DNA from: Chrysomallon squamiferum
Lineage: Eukaryota > Animalia > Mollusca
DNA length: 64,000 nucleotides
Direction: 5' to 3'
Assembly: GCA_012295275.1 (NCBI GenBank)
Contig: CM022671.1
Location: 22,444,001-22,508,000 of the forward strand
Part shown: positions 13,821-28,854 of the stretch, one piece after another
How the letters are laid out: the number at the start of each line of letters is the position of its first letter
How positions within the stretch are numbered: the stretch's first letter is position 1
Translations under genes and position numbers: made by a program
Notes under the pieces: generated by a model
What the model saw: only the letters and a program-made list of their open reading frames with translations
Told to the model about the DNA's origin: nothing
Database searches by the model: none

Positions 13821-15560
13821 AATAAAAAGAAAAAAGAAAAAATAGACAGAAAAATAAATCCCACAAAGCCTCGCTCCAGTGACAAATATTTCCAGCCTTA
13901 CGCTGTGATTGACACATCGTGTTGATTACCCCCTGCGTCGTTCATTACGTCATCACACCGTAACATCTGTCCAATGGGACTGTGCATCATATAGCACTCC
14001 GATGAACTGACCGATAGCATAATTAACTTAATGGGATCCTAATGGGAGACGTCAGGGTTACAGTCAATTATTTCTTCATTTGCTGCGGAGCTGCGATTCA
14101 AAGGCGTAAACTGTGACACGAGTTGAATTAACTCTTAAACAAATGTTTTCCATTCGATGTAGTCGTTAATCAGTGTGAAAGCGGGGGGGTTGGAGCGGGG
14201 GGGAACAGATTAAGATTTTTTGTTTTATTTTATTTTATTTTATTTTATTTTATTTTATTTTAGTTTTGTTTTATTTTATTTTAGTTTCGTTTCGTTTAGT
14301 TTAGTTTTTAATTATAATTATTATATATTTATTTATTTATTTTACTTTTATTTATTTTTTATTTTTTTTATTATTATTTTTTTATTATTTATTTATTTAT
14401 TATTTTCTCCTTTTTGGTGTATTATTATTTATTTATTTATTATTACTTTTTTAATGATGATCTTGATTAATGATGATGATGATGATGATGATAAGAAGCT
14501 TTATTTAATAATGCAATGAAACAGTAACATTGAAGAAAATAAAACATCAACAACAACAACAAACAAACAAACAAACAAACAAATAACAACCAAACAAACA
14601 AAAAGAAGCAAATAAATAACTATAAAATAGACTTACTTACTTAATTACTTACTTATTTACATAAACACACGCTTAATTCCAGCTATCACAAACAATATAA
14701 TTTATATTCCATTCTGTTTTGGTGGCTGTGAAGCTTACAGTATTTTAGACATATTAATTTCCGATGCAAATGAAGTCAACAGAAATGTCATTTATGCAAT
14801 ACGTCATTTATTTTTAAAACTTATCATTAAAATACCCTGTGACATCAGCTCTTTTAACACATACTTATTTTTATCTAAAGCAGGAATGAATTAAAAGAAC
14901 AAAATAAAAATTTAAAAAAAAAGAAGTAAAATGCAAAAGATAATTTAAAAAAAATATGGTACTAACTGAAAAGTGAAACATATACATATACAAATACATA
15001 CATCGAGACATACCCGAAGACAGAGACACAGACTTGCACATATACGTAGAGACATATATACAAACACACACACACTTATACACACACACTCACACACACA
15101 CACACATATATAAACATGTATGTAAATGTATATCATCTATGCATACATGTGTACATATCGTTTTTAATTTTCCCATTGTTCTGCAACAAAAACACCTGAT
15201 ATCTGAACATGCCATAAGGTCCCTTTTCACGCAGCCAGTCACAAGAGGCAAAATTCTTGCAGTCTGCACGCTTGGTAAACACAGACAGACAGACACATGG
15301 GCGAGCTGCCGGTATATTGTTACTTAATCACAAATAATGATCATTTGTAAATAATGGATTTCTTGGCTCATCTTGGGGTTCTGTTTCTTACACGCTCGTT
15401 AGCACTGCGCGCTGTTAGTTGTTATTGCATGAAATTATCGTGCATTTACGATAAATAACACTTAAAAGTGTACACGTGTATCTTTAGATAAGCACGTGTA
15501 TTCAGTGTGGGCGTTATGAAATAAATATTTACAAACGTACGTTTATGTAATATTTCATTC

Positions 15561-15611
<51 letters not shown>

Positions 15612-15727
15612 CAATACGCATACTTTCTATGCTATGCCCTGCTATACGTATATGACAAAAACAATACGTTCACACAAAATAATTTTATTTGTGGTTTTTA
15701 GGTGTATTATTATTATTATTATTATTG

Positions 15728-15783
<56 letters not shown>

Positions 15784-16609
15784 GTAACAACAACAGTAAC
15801 AGTAATAATACTTTCTACAACAACAACAACAATAATAATAATAATAATAATAATGAATATATTAACACAACAATACTTCTAATAAATAATGACAGAAAAT
15901 TTACGGATAATTATTTTGCACTTACAATTAGCTTTTTTAATAAAATTAAAAAAAAAAAAGAATAATGTTAATAAAAAAATAAAAATAATAAATCTATAAT
16001 TACGTCTAATTAAAACATTAACATCTGAAAGATAATGTATTCGCGATGAGAAAAAAACAAAACAAAAAACATATATATATATATAAATAATAAATAAATA
16101 AAAATAAATAAATAAACGAAACCAATATCGAACGTACATATTTTGAAGCCTAGCGTGGACTTTTATTGTCGCAACTTCTGCTGTTTGCATTGATCTGTTA
16201 GAATTTTAAAACGTACCGTGACTCAACTGAATGTAAATCATATGTAATATGTTATATACTTCTGTCAATTTCGAGACCGTTTGTTAATTTCGTTTTAAAG
16301 AGTTTTAGTGGGAAACAGAGGTACCAGAGGAAGAGAAAGAAAAAAAAAACCCAAAAAACAAAAAAAAAACACGAAAGAATGAAAGAACGAAAGAAACAAG
16401 AATGAAAGGATGAAAAAGGAAAGAAAAAATAGAAGAAAAGAAAAAAGAATTAAAGAAGGAATAAAATAAAGAAAGATGACTGAAAGAATGAAAGAAAGAA
16501 AAGAAAGAAGGAATGAAAGAAAGAAAAGGAACAAATAATATAGAGAATGAAAGGAAGAAAGAAAAAAAGAAAGGTAAAAAAAATAAAATAAAGAAAAACA
16601 GGATATAAA

Positions 16610-16663
<54 letters not shown>

Positions 16664-16771
16664 TAGTAACAATAACGATAATGATGATGTTGATGATTAT
16701 GATAATGAAGATGATGAATTTAATATCATTATTATTATCTATATTATCATCATCATTATTATCATTACTAC

Positions 16772-16831
<60 letters not shown>

Positions 16832-17327
16832 ATACGTTGTTAATTTCGTATTTTAAAAGCACAGCTATTTTGCACCCAGTGACAATACATTTACTGTTCA
16901 GTTTTCATTGCAAATATTTAACCTGTTCCCTCTGCTCATAAATATTTAGCCTCGGGTCGTGTAGTTAAACAAACAAACTAAGTGGCTTGGGTGGTGCGTG
17001 GTTTTAATTTCTTTAATCTTTATTTTCATACCTTTGATAAATACTTCTTATATCTGACATACTCTGATGTAATACAGGCCATGACCTACGTAATATATTA
17101 CATATATATATAGCATTTCTTCAAAAGGATTACATATAAATAAATACCTGTAATGATTAGATATGAATTTCTTTGAAAATATAATTTAACGTAGAATTAT
17201 AGTTTTTCACGGTTATTAAAATTTATTTATTTTTAATTTTGTTAAAATTTTAAAAATATTATTTTCTTAGAGAATAATGCTAGATATTATAATTATAAGC
17301 ATTATATAATATTTTGTCCAGTTTAGC

Positions 17328-17360
<33 letters not shown>

Positions 17361-17786
17361 AATTTCTAGGATTAAAAAAGATTGACTTAGCTTTACATGC
17401 TTTTGATAGTTTCAAAATATTAATTATTAAATAGCATCATTATCACTAAAGCGTTAAATACTTAGTTAAGGGAATCATTGAATTAAATGACGAATAAAAA
17501 TAAATTATGAAAAATCATTTATAACAAAATACGATGCTGTATTTATCTGTAACGGATCATTTTTTAGCCTCTGGGCTGGTAAATATAATGATAGAGTTTT
17601 GTAGATTTTTGTCAGCTCAGATATAATCATTTCAGACGGCAGTATGATATAATATGAATTCATGCAGTCTGGTATATGTACAGTTATATATTAATTTGTA
17701 TGTGTGAGTGTGTGCGTGTGTGTGAGTGTGAGTGTGAGGGTCTGTATTCTATAATGTCGCCTTTCGATTCAGGATAGTTATGTTGC

Positions 17787-17902
<116 letters not shown>

Positions 17903-17944
17903 TAAATGTACAACCATTATTTTTAGATGAATGACAAAAAATCT

Positions 17945-18015
<71 letters not shown>

Positions 18016-18370
18016 ATCAATATTTTATTTTATATGGAAAACTCGATGAAAATATCTTTAATATTTAAACATAAATGATTAACGTATTTAATCAATAGCT
18101 TGGTAATATACATATCATTCGTACTGTGATAAATGTATTATAAAAACAGGAAATGTAAATTTGTAATTAAAGAACTGTATGAAATTTTTTTTTTTTTCAT
18201 TTGATTATACAGTTTGACATTAAAAAAATAAAAAATTAAAAATAAAATGATATTATTTCTTGGTCGGATACTCCTCAGATATATTAAATACATGCTGATA
18301 ATTAAGGATGGTTAAATTTTTATTATTATTATTGTTATTATTGTTATTATTTTTATTTTTATTATTATTA

Positions 18371-18407
<37 letters not shown>

Positions 18408-18599
18408 CATACGCACACATGTATATATATATATATATATATATAAACACATTTAAACAGGCATACATATGATTTACGGCGACAGATATACGTAATTATG
18501 TACGCATAAATAAATATGCATACAAACTCATAAAAGCAAACACACACGCAGACACGCACACAAATATATTCATACAGTTTACGCATTCTCTCCGTATTT

Positions 18600-18689
<90 letters not shown>

Positions 18690-19439
18690 ATCACACAAAC
18701 ACAAACTTTTTCTTTCTCACACACTCGAGCCCCCAACAAAACAAAACAACGTCTCATCACGTTTCATTCTTAGTCTGGTTTTCGTCCATTAGTGGAATCA
18801 CTGGCCGCCATCAATCAAAAAAAAAAAAAAAAAAAAAAACGGAAAAGCGGGAGTGCTCAGAACTTACATATGCTTCTGAGGTTTATGGTCGTAGCAGAGC
18901 AGAGCGCAGATTAGCCACAAATCCTCGAAAATAAAAATAGCCTCACATCAAAGACAGTGACGTCTTGTAGCTACACGAAATAGACGCTTTCAGGCGACGA
19001 CTGGCGTCTCGGTCTGTCATGAAAGTTTATCAACTGCTACCTTTGCTGGCGTTACGCCATCTTCGACACTGGTTAATTATTGCTGTCCTTAGTAACCCTG
19101 CAGTAGTACGTTTTTTTTATTCGCTCGCACATTTTTTTTTTTTTTTTTTTTTTTTTTATATATTTTTTTTTATATTTATATATTTAGAACTTACATATGT
19201 GTGTGTTTATTCTTCAGTAAGTATAAAAGAACATTTCCCACACAAAAGAAAGACAATATCGTATGTACAGACTCAGTAAGAGAAAGAGAAATTTATAGGT
19301 GTGTTAGGTGGACAGACACAGTTAAAGAGACAGACAAAGATAAATCATCATAATTTGATAGTGGACAGATGGGTAGGCAGGTGAACGGAAGGATGGACGA
19401 ATGAACGAACTGGTAGAAAAAATATAGATAGATAGGACA

Positions 19440-19614
19440 AGAGATATATATATAGATAAATAGACAGATAGACAGACAGATTGATGGATAGATTTATTGA
19501 TAGATAGATAGATAGATAGATACAGATACATACATACATACATACATACATACATACATACATACATACATACATACATACATACATACATACATACATA
19601 CATACATACATACA

Positions 19615-19643
<29 letters not shown>
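19440..19643. repeat. (GATA)n-(CATA)n microsatellite
   Basis: Directly visible. Confidence 0.93.
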
Positions 19644-19645
<2 letters not shown>

Positions 19646-20849
19646 GAGGATATAGAGGTAGCTAGATAGGTAGGTAGTATTGCCAGGCTGACAAAATAGT
19701 CAGTTACTAACACGATTTATAATAAAAATCTAATTATTCCTGAATGCTTTATACTCGAGTGTCCAGCCTTTTTATAACTGATAACTGGTTCAAATCTGAT
19801 TGCTTCAACCCAAACAAAGCCTTGAACAAACAAAAAACAAAAAAAACATGTGACATCAATAAATATATTTAATACGTTTGTGACACCGATAATCTCGCGA
19901 AATGAACACCCGCAGCACATGCCGAAATCGAAATGGCAATTGCAAACGTTTAAAATAAAAAATAATAAAAAATAAAATAAAAAAAAAAGAGAGAAGGAAA
20001 TGTAGGACACACGCTGATAGATAGTTTTATGGAATCTTTAATACAGTGCCAGAACGCCGGGAAACAGGGCGACCCGTATTGTTCTCACAACTCCCAATAA
20101 AACACCTCGGCTCTCACATTTTCAATCTGCGAATATCCCGCTGTAAACTATAATTTACAACATCAAAGTACCTCGTCTGCATGCGGCGAACTTTATTTTC
20201 CAATTCCCGTTTTATATATTTGCACCTTTTTAAAAAAACATTAAAAAAAAAAAAAAAAATTATATATATATATATAAAAAATGAATTTAAAAAAAATAAA
20301 CGGTAGAGGAAGAATTTTAAATGTTTGCTCATTCTTTCTGTGTTTATAGCCTTTTTTTCCAGTGATGCCTTTTTTCTTTCTTTTTTTTTTTTTTTAATTT
20401 TTAATTTCGTTTTTTTTTTTTTTGACCATAAATATTTCTAAAAACAGGTAAAATGATTTTAACATGTGGCGTTCAAAAGTACAGCGTACACGCAAAGGTA
20501 TCGGGTTTAAGCACGGGTATAAATTGTGTATTAGCATTTCAGTGTGATGTACTTTTATGAAATTTGAAACTTAATCAGTTTTACCTCTTTTTTTTTATTC
20601 ACTTTTATAAAAATTGTATTTAAGTTTGCTTTTTTGTTGTTGTTGTTGTTGTTGTATTTTGGGGGGGTTTACGATAAAAAATAATTTTAAAATTTTATAA
20701 ATATTTAGTTTTCTCTTAATTATATTTATTTATTTATTTATTTATTTATGTAATTTGTTTTCGAAATATTAAAACTTTTCCAGTGTGTAAAATGAAAACT
20801 GATATGATAAAGAAGTTTATAATATGAATGAAACCAATTTCTTTTTTGT

Positions 20850-21280
20850 TGTCAAATTTCACAGAAACAGTTAATAATTTCTATTGTATGTATTTAAATT
20901 TCAACAAAGCTAAATTTCATATGCTGTTAACTTCCTATACCATTTTTAATTTCACAGGTTGTTAATTTTATCTACTGTTAATATCATGTAAAAATTATTA
21001 ATTTCATCTACTGTTAATTTCACCTGTTAATTTCGTCAGCTGTTAATTTCACATAAACCTGTTTCGGTAAATTTCATTAATGCTTGTTAATTTCATACCA
21101 AACCTCTATGGGAAATAATATTTATACCTGTTAATTTCGTCAGCTGTTAATTTCATATAAACATCGTCGGTAAATTTCGTATATACCTGTTTATTTCGCC
21201 CGCTGTAACGTAACTTTCGTTTCATGCTCATCAGTTTGATGAGTTATTTCTTCAGCAAGTGTTAATTTAATCTTCTACTA
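20850..21280. repeat. Degenerate TGTTAATTTC-core repeat cluster in intron 1
   Basis: More than ten (C)TGTTAATTTC-like cores; exact 30-bp direct repeat at 21022-21051 and 21126-21155. Confidence 0.8.
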
Positions 21281-21754
21281 CATATTTAATTTTCAACAGT
21301 AAATTTAACGTAGTGATGTAAATGTACGATAGCTATCTTTGTCCTCTGTAAGTTATGTTAATTTTGTTTTAATTTTATGGCATCATTACACGAACTCAAA
21401 AGAATAAATAAAAATAAATAAATAAATAAATAAAATAAAATAAAATAAAAGTTTAAAAAAAATCATGTATGTGATTTGCAGTTGTCTTTAACACAACCTC
21501 AAGACAATAGAAAATGTGATTTAACATTAACTATAATCTAGTCCACGATTCATTAATTAACGATTAAATTCTAACATCATGGCATGTTGTTTAAACTTCC
21601 ATTTTTATTCGTAAGACATATTTTATAAAAATAAGACTTTTTTTGCCATTTTCACCACGTTTTTGTATAAAGTTGAGATTCATCACGAATTCAGACGATA
21701 CAATCAGTCGAACCTCTTCCGCATAGTATTTTGTCAATCTATATATTATTGTTG

Positions 21755-21810
<56 letters not shown>

Positions 21811-22201
21811 GTTGCTGCTGTTGTTGCTGTTGTTGTTATTATTATTATTTGCATTATTTGCATTATTAATTATTAAAATATATTTTTATTTTTATTTTTC
21901 GCATTCATTTCATCTTGAAGTTTCTATCGTCCAACCTGTTAGCATCTTTCCTTGTCTCACTCACTTGACCTGCCTGCCCGTGTGTTCGTGGTTTGAGTTC
22001 GTTTTCCGCCCTGTTTGAACTTACGGGTTGTATCTTGAAGCTGGATACTCGAATATGGCGGCAAGAAACTTCGATCTTGCTTTGATCAATATCTCTAAGT
22101 CGCGTCGTAACGCTCTTGCGTTTATTTGCTTTGCGGTGGTGTAGATCACGTTTTTGAACGTCGTTACTGTTAAAGGTTCGATGTTATATTGTACAAGTAG
22201 T

Positions 22202-22233
<32 letters not shown>

Positions 22234-22343
22234 TAATCATAGTACGTTTAATGATAATGATTCATTTTTTTTTTTTTTTGGGATGTCAAAAATAATTTTT
22301 ATTCAAAATAAATTTTATTTTATTTCTTTGTTCGTTTGAATGT

Positions 22344-22386
<43 letters not shown>

Positions 22387-22732
22387 TTTGCTGCTGTTGT
22401 TGTTATTGTTTAAATATTTTGGATTGTGTTTACTATTACTGTTGCTGATATAAAATTGCCTTTGAAAACATGAAGATCATAAATATTAAACTAGAGAAAG
22501 AAAGAAGCTAGTTTGTGCTGTGTGAGAGTTATATCGATGCGACAAAATATTAAAGCACTGTCAGTTAAAAAGAAAAGAAAGAAAGAAAAAAAGAAACAGA
22601 AGGTAGAAAAGAAAGAATGGGGAAAAAAACAACATATTTTAAGTCATTACTTCCAGAAGCAAATAAAAGATTAAATTTAAAAAATAAAAAAGGAAGAAAA
22701 CTAATTAATAAAATAATAATTTAATATTAATT

Positions 22733-22781
<49 letters not shown>

Positions 22782-24823
22782 GGAGAACAAATAAAAAATA
22801 AAAAAGTAATAAGAAACAATATAAAATAGAAAGGAATAATAGAAAATAGAAAAAAAAAAAAACAAAATAAGGAAAAATATTTCTTTTAGTCTCACGAAAA
22901 AATGTTTAACGTATTCACTTTCTCGTTCACACGACGAAATATTTAACTTATTCAATTTCTCGTTATCTTGCACTTTCGCTCGCGTTCTTTCTTTTACTTT
23001 TTTTTTTTTTTTTCCTTTTTATCTCTATCTTGCGCACAAAGAAGTAAAACCAACAAAATAAAAATCAGGTCTGGCGACTAATTGTTAAACGAGTCGGGGA
23101 ATCGCTTTCTCCCCTCTGTCAACATTAGTTCTGACGTACTGAACAAAGATCTTCGATTGTCGTCTGCTCGTAATTCGCCAGCCAAACGACTTGATGAAGT
23201 CTTGCTTCATACGTCACAGCAGACGTAATGTTAGATCGGAACAGAATTATCACGTCTGCTCTCCTGTTCTTCGGTAAAGACCCGAATAATAAAAATGACC
23301 TCGTATATTGTAACACTTCTGGTGGAAAATTAGCCATGGTAATTTGGCTCGTGGGCTAGCACACGAAGAAGAATAATGGCGAGAAGGGGGGGGGAAGAAA
23401 AAAAAAAGAGAAATAATCCCCGTGACAATCTATGACGTAACAATTGGCGGCGTCAAAGATCGGCTGATTTCGTTGTTCTATGAATATGTAAGTGAGAGTT
23501 TTACAATGGTGCTAAATAGTAATTGACCGTCAGAAATAACAGATGGGGCATAGTTTTCTAAAATTAAGAACCCTTCCCTATCCACCTAAGCAAGAAGTGA
23601 ACGCTTTTCTCTATGCATAATTGTACTTTTTGAAGTGTAGAATTTGAATTTTCATTGATATAATAATGACACTGAACAATTCCGCAGTCAGGCAAATATA
23701 AATGTGCTGTATAATATTATATATTTATATAAAGACACAAACAAATAAATGTAAATATATTTATATATCTTGCAAGTTAATTAATCCATGAAAAAGGAGA
23801 TAGGGATTTCGATATAAACTATATATCATCTTCATCATCAAGAACAACGACAATAAGAACTAAGAAATAATGACCATGATGATGATAATGATAATGATGA
23901 AGAGAAGTCGTGAAGTTTTTACACTTCCCATCTAATTCTTGCCTTGAAGTAATTATTAAGATTTGATCTTCGTATCTTCTTGCCTTTTTTTTTTTTTTGG
24001 TAGAACTCAACAGTCTTGAAACACATCAAGAAACTTCAGCTTAGTAAACAGACAGTTTTTATTAATTGCTTATTTGTTAAATGTCTCTGTATTCATTTTT
24101 GCTGTGACACATACCCTCGCCTTTAGTTCCATCTCTGTTCGCCACCGTTTTGAAAACTAAATCTGATTTTGTTAAAATAGGTATAAATTATATTCTACTT
24201 TTTCTGAGGAAATTTGTCTTTTGGTTTGATTTTCTCCGTTTTGTTGGGTTGGAGTTTGCTGGGGGATGCGTGAGAGTTTGAAAATTAAGACACCTGTAAA
24301 GAAAATATTTATTATCATCATCATCATTGTTATCAGTTTTATTATTGTTGTTATTATTATTAAAATTATTATTATTTTTACTATTATTATTATTATTATT
24401 ATTACTATTATGATTATTCACTAATTAGCAAATTAACTGTATTTTTTACTTTAAATTATTTTATTATATTCTGAATAGTAACCGAAAGTTAATTATTTAA
24501 AAAATAATAATAACAACAAAACTTGAAAATAATAAATAAACAAAATAAAATAAAAAAGATCATCCGAATTTTATTTATTTATTTATTTATTTATTTATTA
24601 ATCATCATCATTATTGTGCAGTCATTTAATTCAGTAATAAAAGCACCAGACTAACAGTAATAATAATATACAACAACTACCAGTAATAATACCAATGACA
24701 ACAACAGCAACTATATCATCATCATCATCATAATCATATATATATTTTTTTTTTTTTTTTTTTAACGGTTATGATACTAATTATAACACTAAGCTATATT
24801 TTCACTCTCTCTCTTTTTAACAG

Positions 24824-25091
24824 ACGAATGTTTCCACCGTTCAAAGTGAAAGTCTCTGGACTCGACAAAAAAGCCAAATACATTCTTCTCATGGACATCG
24901 TGGCCGTTGACGATTGTCGCTACAAGTTTCACAACAGCAAATGGATGGTGGCGGGCAAAGCTGACCCGGAGATGCCCAAGAGGATGTACATTCACCCTGA
25001 TTCACCCAGCACAGGAGAACAGTGGATGCAGAAACTCGTCTCGTTTCATAAGCTGAAGCTGACAAACAACATATCAGACAAACACGGATTT
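24824..25091 (+). CDS. Tbx2/3: Tbx2/3 coding exon 2 (T-box core)
   Basis: Acceptor tctctctttttaacag|A completes AGA (Arg) with exon 1. Encodes [26 protein letters not shown]...[22 protein letters not shown]...[14 protein letters not shown]. Donor TTT|GTAAGT, phase 0. Branch-like TACTAAT at 24775-24781. Confidence 0.97.
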
Positions 25092-25182
25092 GTAAGTACA
25101 ATATGCAACAGTTATGTAGAGAGACAAAGAGTTGTGAGGGATGAACGTCAGTGAATGAGGTGTTGTATTTGTGTCTGGTGTT

Positions 25183-25225
<43 letters not shown>

Positions 25226-25423
25226 TTAGCTTCTTTCTTTATGTATTTGTTGACTTCGTTTGTTCGGTTTGTTTATTTTTATTTTTTTGAAATTTTATTG
25301 TTTTTTATTATTTTTATTTGTTTGCTTTATTTACTTATTTCCTTATTTTGCTTGTTTCATTTATATTTATTTTGTTTCTTTTTCTATTTAAAATTATTAT
25401 TATTATTATTATTATTTTTATTA

Positions 25424-25464
<41 letters not shown>

Positions 25465-26685
25465 TTTGTTGTTGTTGTTGTTGTTGTTGTTACTTCTGTT
25501 GCTGGTGGTGGCTGTGTTGTTCCATCTCCATTATCATGACCACCATCACCATGACCACTAGGTCTACTACTTACAACGACAACTATTTTTATATCTCACA
25601 TATTTGATATTCTGAATAAGTAAATTATCGATTTAATAAACTCAAGAAACCAAAAAAAAAAAAAAAAAAAAATGTATAATAATGTAATAGTAATAATAAA
25701 TAAAATAATAATAATAATAATAATAAATAATAAATAAATAAAATAATAATAATAATAAATAATAAATAAATAAATAAATAATAACAACAACAATAATAAT
25801 GAATAAATAAATAAAGTATTAATAATAATAATAATAACAACAATAATAATAATAACAATTAAAATTAAAATTAAAATTTCATTGATCTATTCTCAGAGAA
25901 CAAAAAAAAACATCTTTCATCCTTTCGTACATTTCATTCCACTCCAACAACAACAACTGGAGAATTCTTCCACTCCGGTACTGCAGCAAATAAACGGATA
26001 AAGAAACCATAACACAAATAATGTATGGAATTATAAATGGATTGTTAGCGAAATTCCTGTAATCTGACCGTTTTCTAGAATTCTATCTGGCATTTAAAAC
26101 GATGGAATCACACTCTCAATAATTCACGTTGCATTCCACGCGCTGTGTTTTTAACACGTCGTTGGGCTGTTATCTTTCACAGTTTCTCTTTTCTGATACC
26201 ACGTGTTAAATAATAGATAGGACTGGTGGTAAGAATCCGATCTTATAGTATGAGGAATGAATACAAAAAAAAAAAGAAAAAAAAGAAAAAAATATGGCAA
26301 GTTGATATTAATGAAAAAAAAAAAAAAAAAAAAAAAAGAAGCTTTAATTTGAATTTTTGTCATTTTTCTGTTGTATTGTGTGTACAGAATCATACATATA
26401 TACATATATATAAGTGTGTGTGTGCGTGTGTGTGTGTGTGTGTAGATATACACATAACACAAACACACACTCAAAAATATATGTTGTTTGTTTGTATATA
26501 TATATATATGTTGTATGTATGTATGTATGTATATATATGTATGTATGTATGTATGTATATGTATATGTATACATGTATACATGTATGTATGTTTGTGTGT
26601 GTTCACACAATACAACAGAAGAATGACAACAAATACACACAGATGTATTATATGTATAAATTTCTCCTTTTTTCTTTTTATATTA

Positions 26686-26744
<59 letters not shown>

Positions 26745-26890
26745 TAATAATAAATAGAAGTAGATATAGTCCTCTCTTTTACTATCTCCCCACTTTCTCA
26801 AACTGTTGCTATTATATATTAATTTATCGCTCTTTCTCTGTTAGAGAGAGAGAGATAGATAGATAGATAGATATACAGAGAGAGAGAGAG

Positions 26891-26939
<49 letters not shown>

Positions 26940-28125
26940 GAGAGACAGACAGACAGAGAGACAGAGACAGAGAGAAAGAAAATAAAAAATAAACATAATT
27001 ACAAATAGCTATAGAGACACTCGTATTTACATGCACGAAATAAATGTTTGCTGTTGCAATATTACTCGGATATAATTAGCTTAAATGCCCTATCAGTTTT
27101 ACATAGATATTATATACACTATATATATATATATACATACATAAAATCTCTTGAAACCTACTTCAATAAGACTTCCTTTTCGGCCGCCATGTCGGAGAAG
27201 TTCGAGTGGTTTTGACGGAAACTGTCGATTCGCTTTGAAAAGTACACAAGTGTTTTGTTGTCACCTTTCAAACCCAATGGAAGTAATTATAGAAATATAC
27301 AAGAGAAGTGAGTCGCAAAGAATTGCACAAGTAAAGAAATTGAATGGTTTAATGGAACAGAGATATTCTAACAGGTTTAAGGCAATCAATCGCTTTTATA
27401 CTTAAGTGCTCTTCGCTTTTGTTTTTAAATGTGGAAATGCTGATGTATGTGTGTATGTATGTATGTATGTATGTATGTATGTATGTATGTATGTATGTAT
27501 GTATGTATGTATAGATAGATAGATAGATAGACAAACAGTCAGATAGATAGATAGATAATCGATATATATTTATACACAGAACACAATTAAAGAAAGAAAA
27601 AAAATAAGAAACATCTATTTTAACAAATACTATAATTGTGTAAAAAGTAAAACACAGAGCTTTATATTATGTTTAGTGTTAGTTATAATTTTCTCACACT
27701 AAAATGAAAAATGGAAAAAAGAATCAGTATTTATAAAACTATATTTATATTATCTATATCACAAGTATAAACCTGATAATAATATACAATAATAATAATA
27801 TAATAAAGTAATGTTTTATATACATATAAATATGTTGATTTGAAATGGAACATGTTACAAGTCCCTTCAAAAATGATTGTTTATCCTCTTTTATTTATTA
27901 ATTATTTTATTTTATTTCATTTCATTTTGTTTTTTTAATTTAATTTTTTAGTAAAATAATGAATTACTATTTGAATTTTTTAGTACAGCTGAAGCTGTAT
28001 TTTATTTGTTGTCCTTAATACAAAGTAAAATAAATGAATAAATAAATAAATAACAGTGATGATGATGATGATAATGATGATGACGACGATGATAATAATA
28101 ATAATAAAACAATAAACACCCACTA

Positions 28126-28200
<75 letters not shown>

Positions 28201-28275
28201 ATTGCTAAACAAAATGTAGAAATATGGTATACAAAAAAAAATAACCCTCAAGAAAATTAGAAAACAAATCCTCCA

Positions 28276-28317
<42 letters not shown>

Positions 28318-28815
28318 GCGCGTGGGAGTCTTTCACAGTAATTATATAAACATTTATTTTTTTTCTTAACCGAAAATCTTTGTTCATTTTATCTTTCTGC
28401 GTGTTTGCCCCGTTCTCTATTCCAGCAATTTACTGCACTATGTTTCAAATGGCTGCTCTCTAACTCCATGTCATACACATTAAGAAAACTAATTCATTCA
28501 AATTTACAGAACTGAACTTCACCGCCCCGAATCTTGTTCGTACTGAAAGCCTCCCTTGTATCGTTTGATAGATCTTGTGTCAGGAAAATAGTTTTTTTCT
28601 TTTTTTTCTCCAGCGGAGATATTTTCTTTGATGCGTTCTTGAGATAAAATAATGGCGGCAAGTCTCGTTCTGAAATCTCGGCATAGTGTGACTTGGCTGG
28701 CATGCATAGTCTAATTGCGTTAAAATTTCTTAATCAACGACAAGGTTTTCATTCCGCTGATAAAAATGAACTTGGGCAAGTGTGGCGCCGAAAAGAATGA
28801 GGAAGGAGTGGAATT

Positions 28816-28854
<39 letters not shown>

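Noticed and set aside
18859-19199. 14-bp direct repeat AGAACTTACATATG flanking an island, as a retroposon target-site duplication
   Set aside because: Poly-A lies outside the left copy and poly-T is at the wrong end for either orientation; no Pol III boxes are evident.
25092-25154. Exon 2 extension VST..., resembling the KHGFVSTTIL variant I recall in Drosophila omb
   Set aside because: VST is simply the translation of the donor GTAAGTACA. There is no GT 9 nt downstream here, the only in-frame GT nearby (25116) has a poor context, and read-through hits TGA at 25152.
27183-27214. Kozak-like GCCGCCATG starts (also 41321, 61394)
   Set aside because: They are followed by short or low-complexity frames, and the same word occurs on both strands; YY1/Pho sites explain them better.
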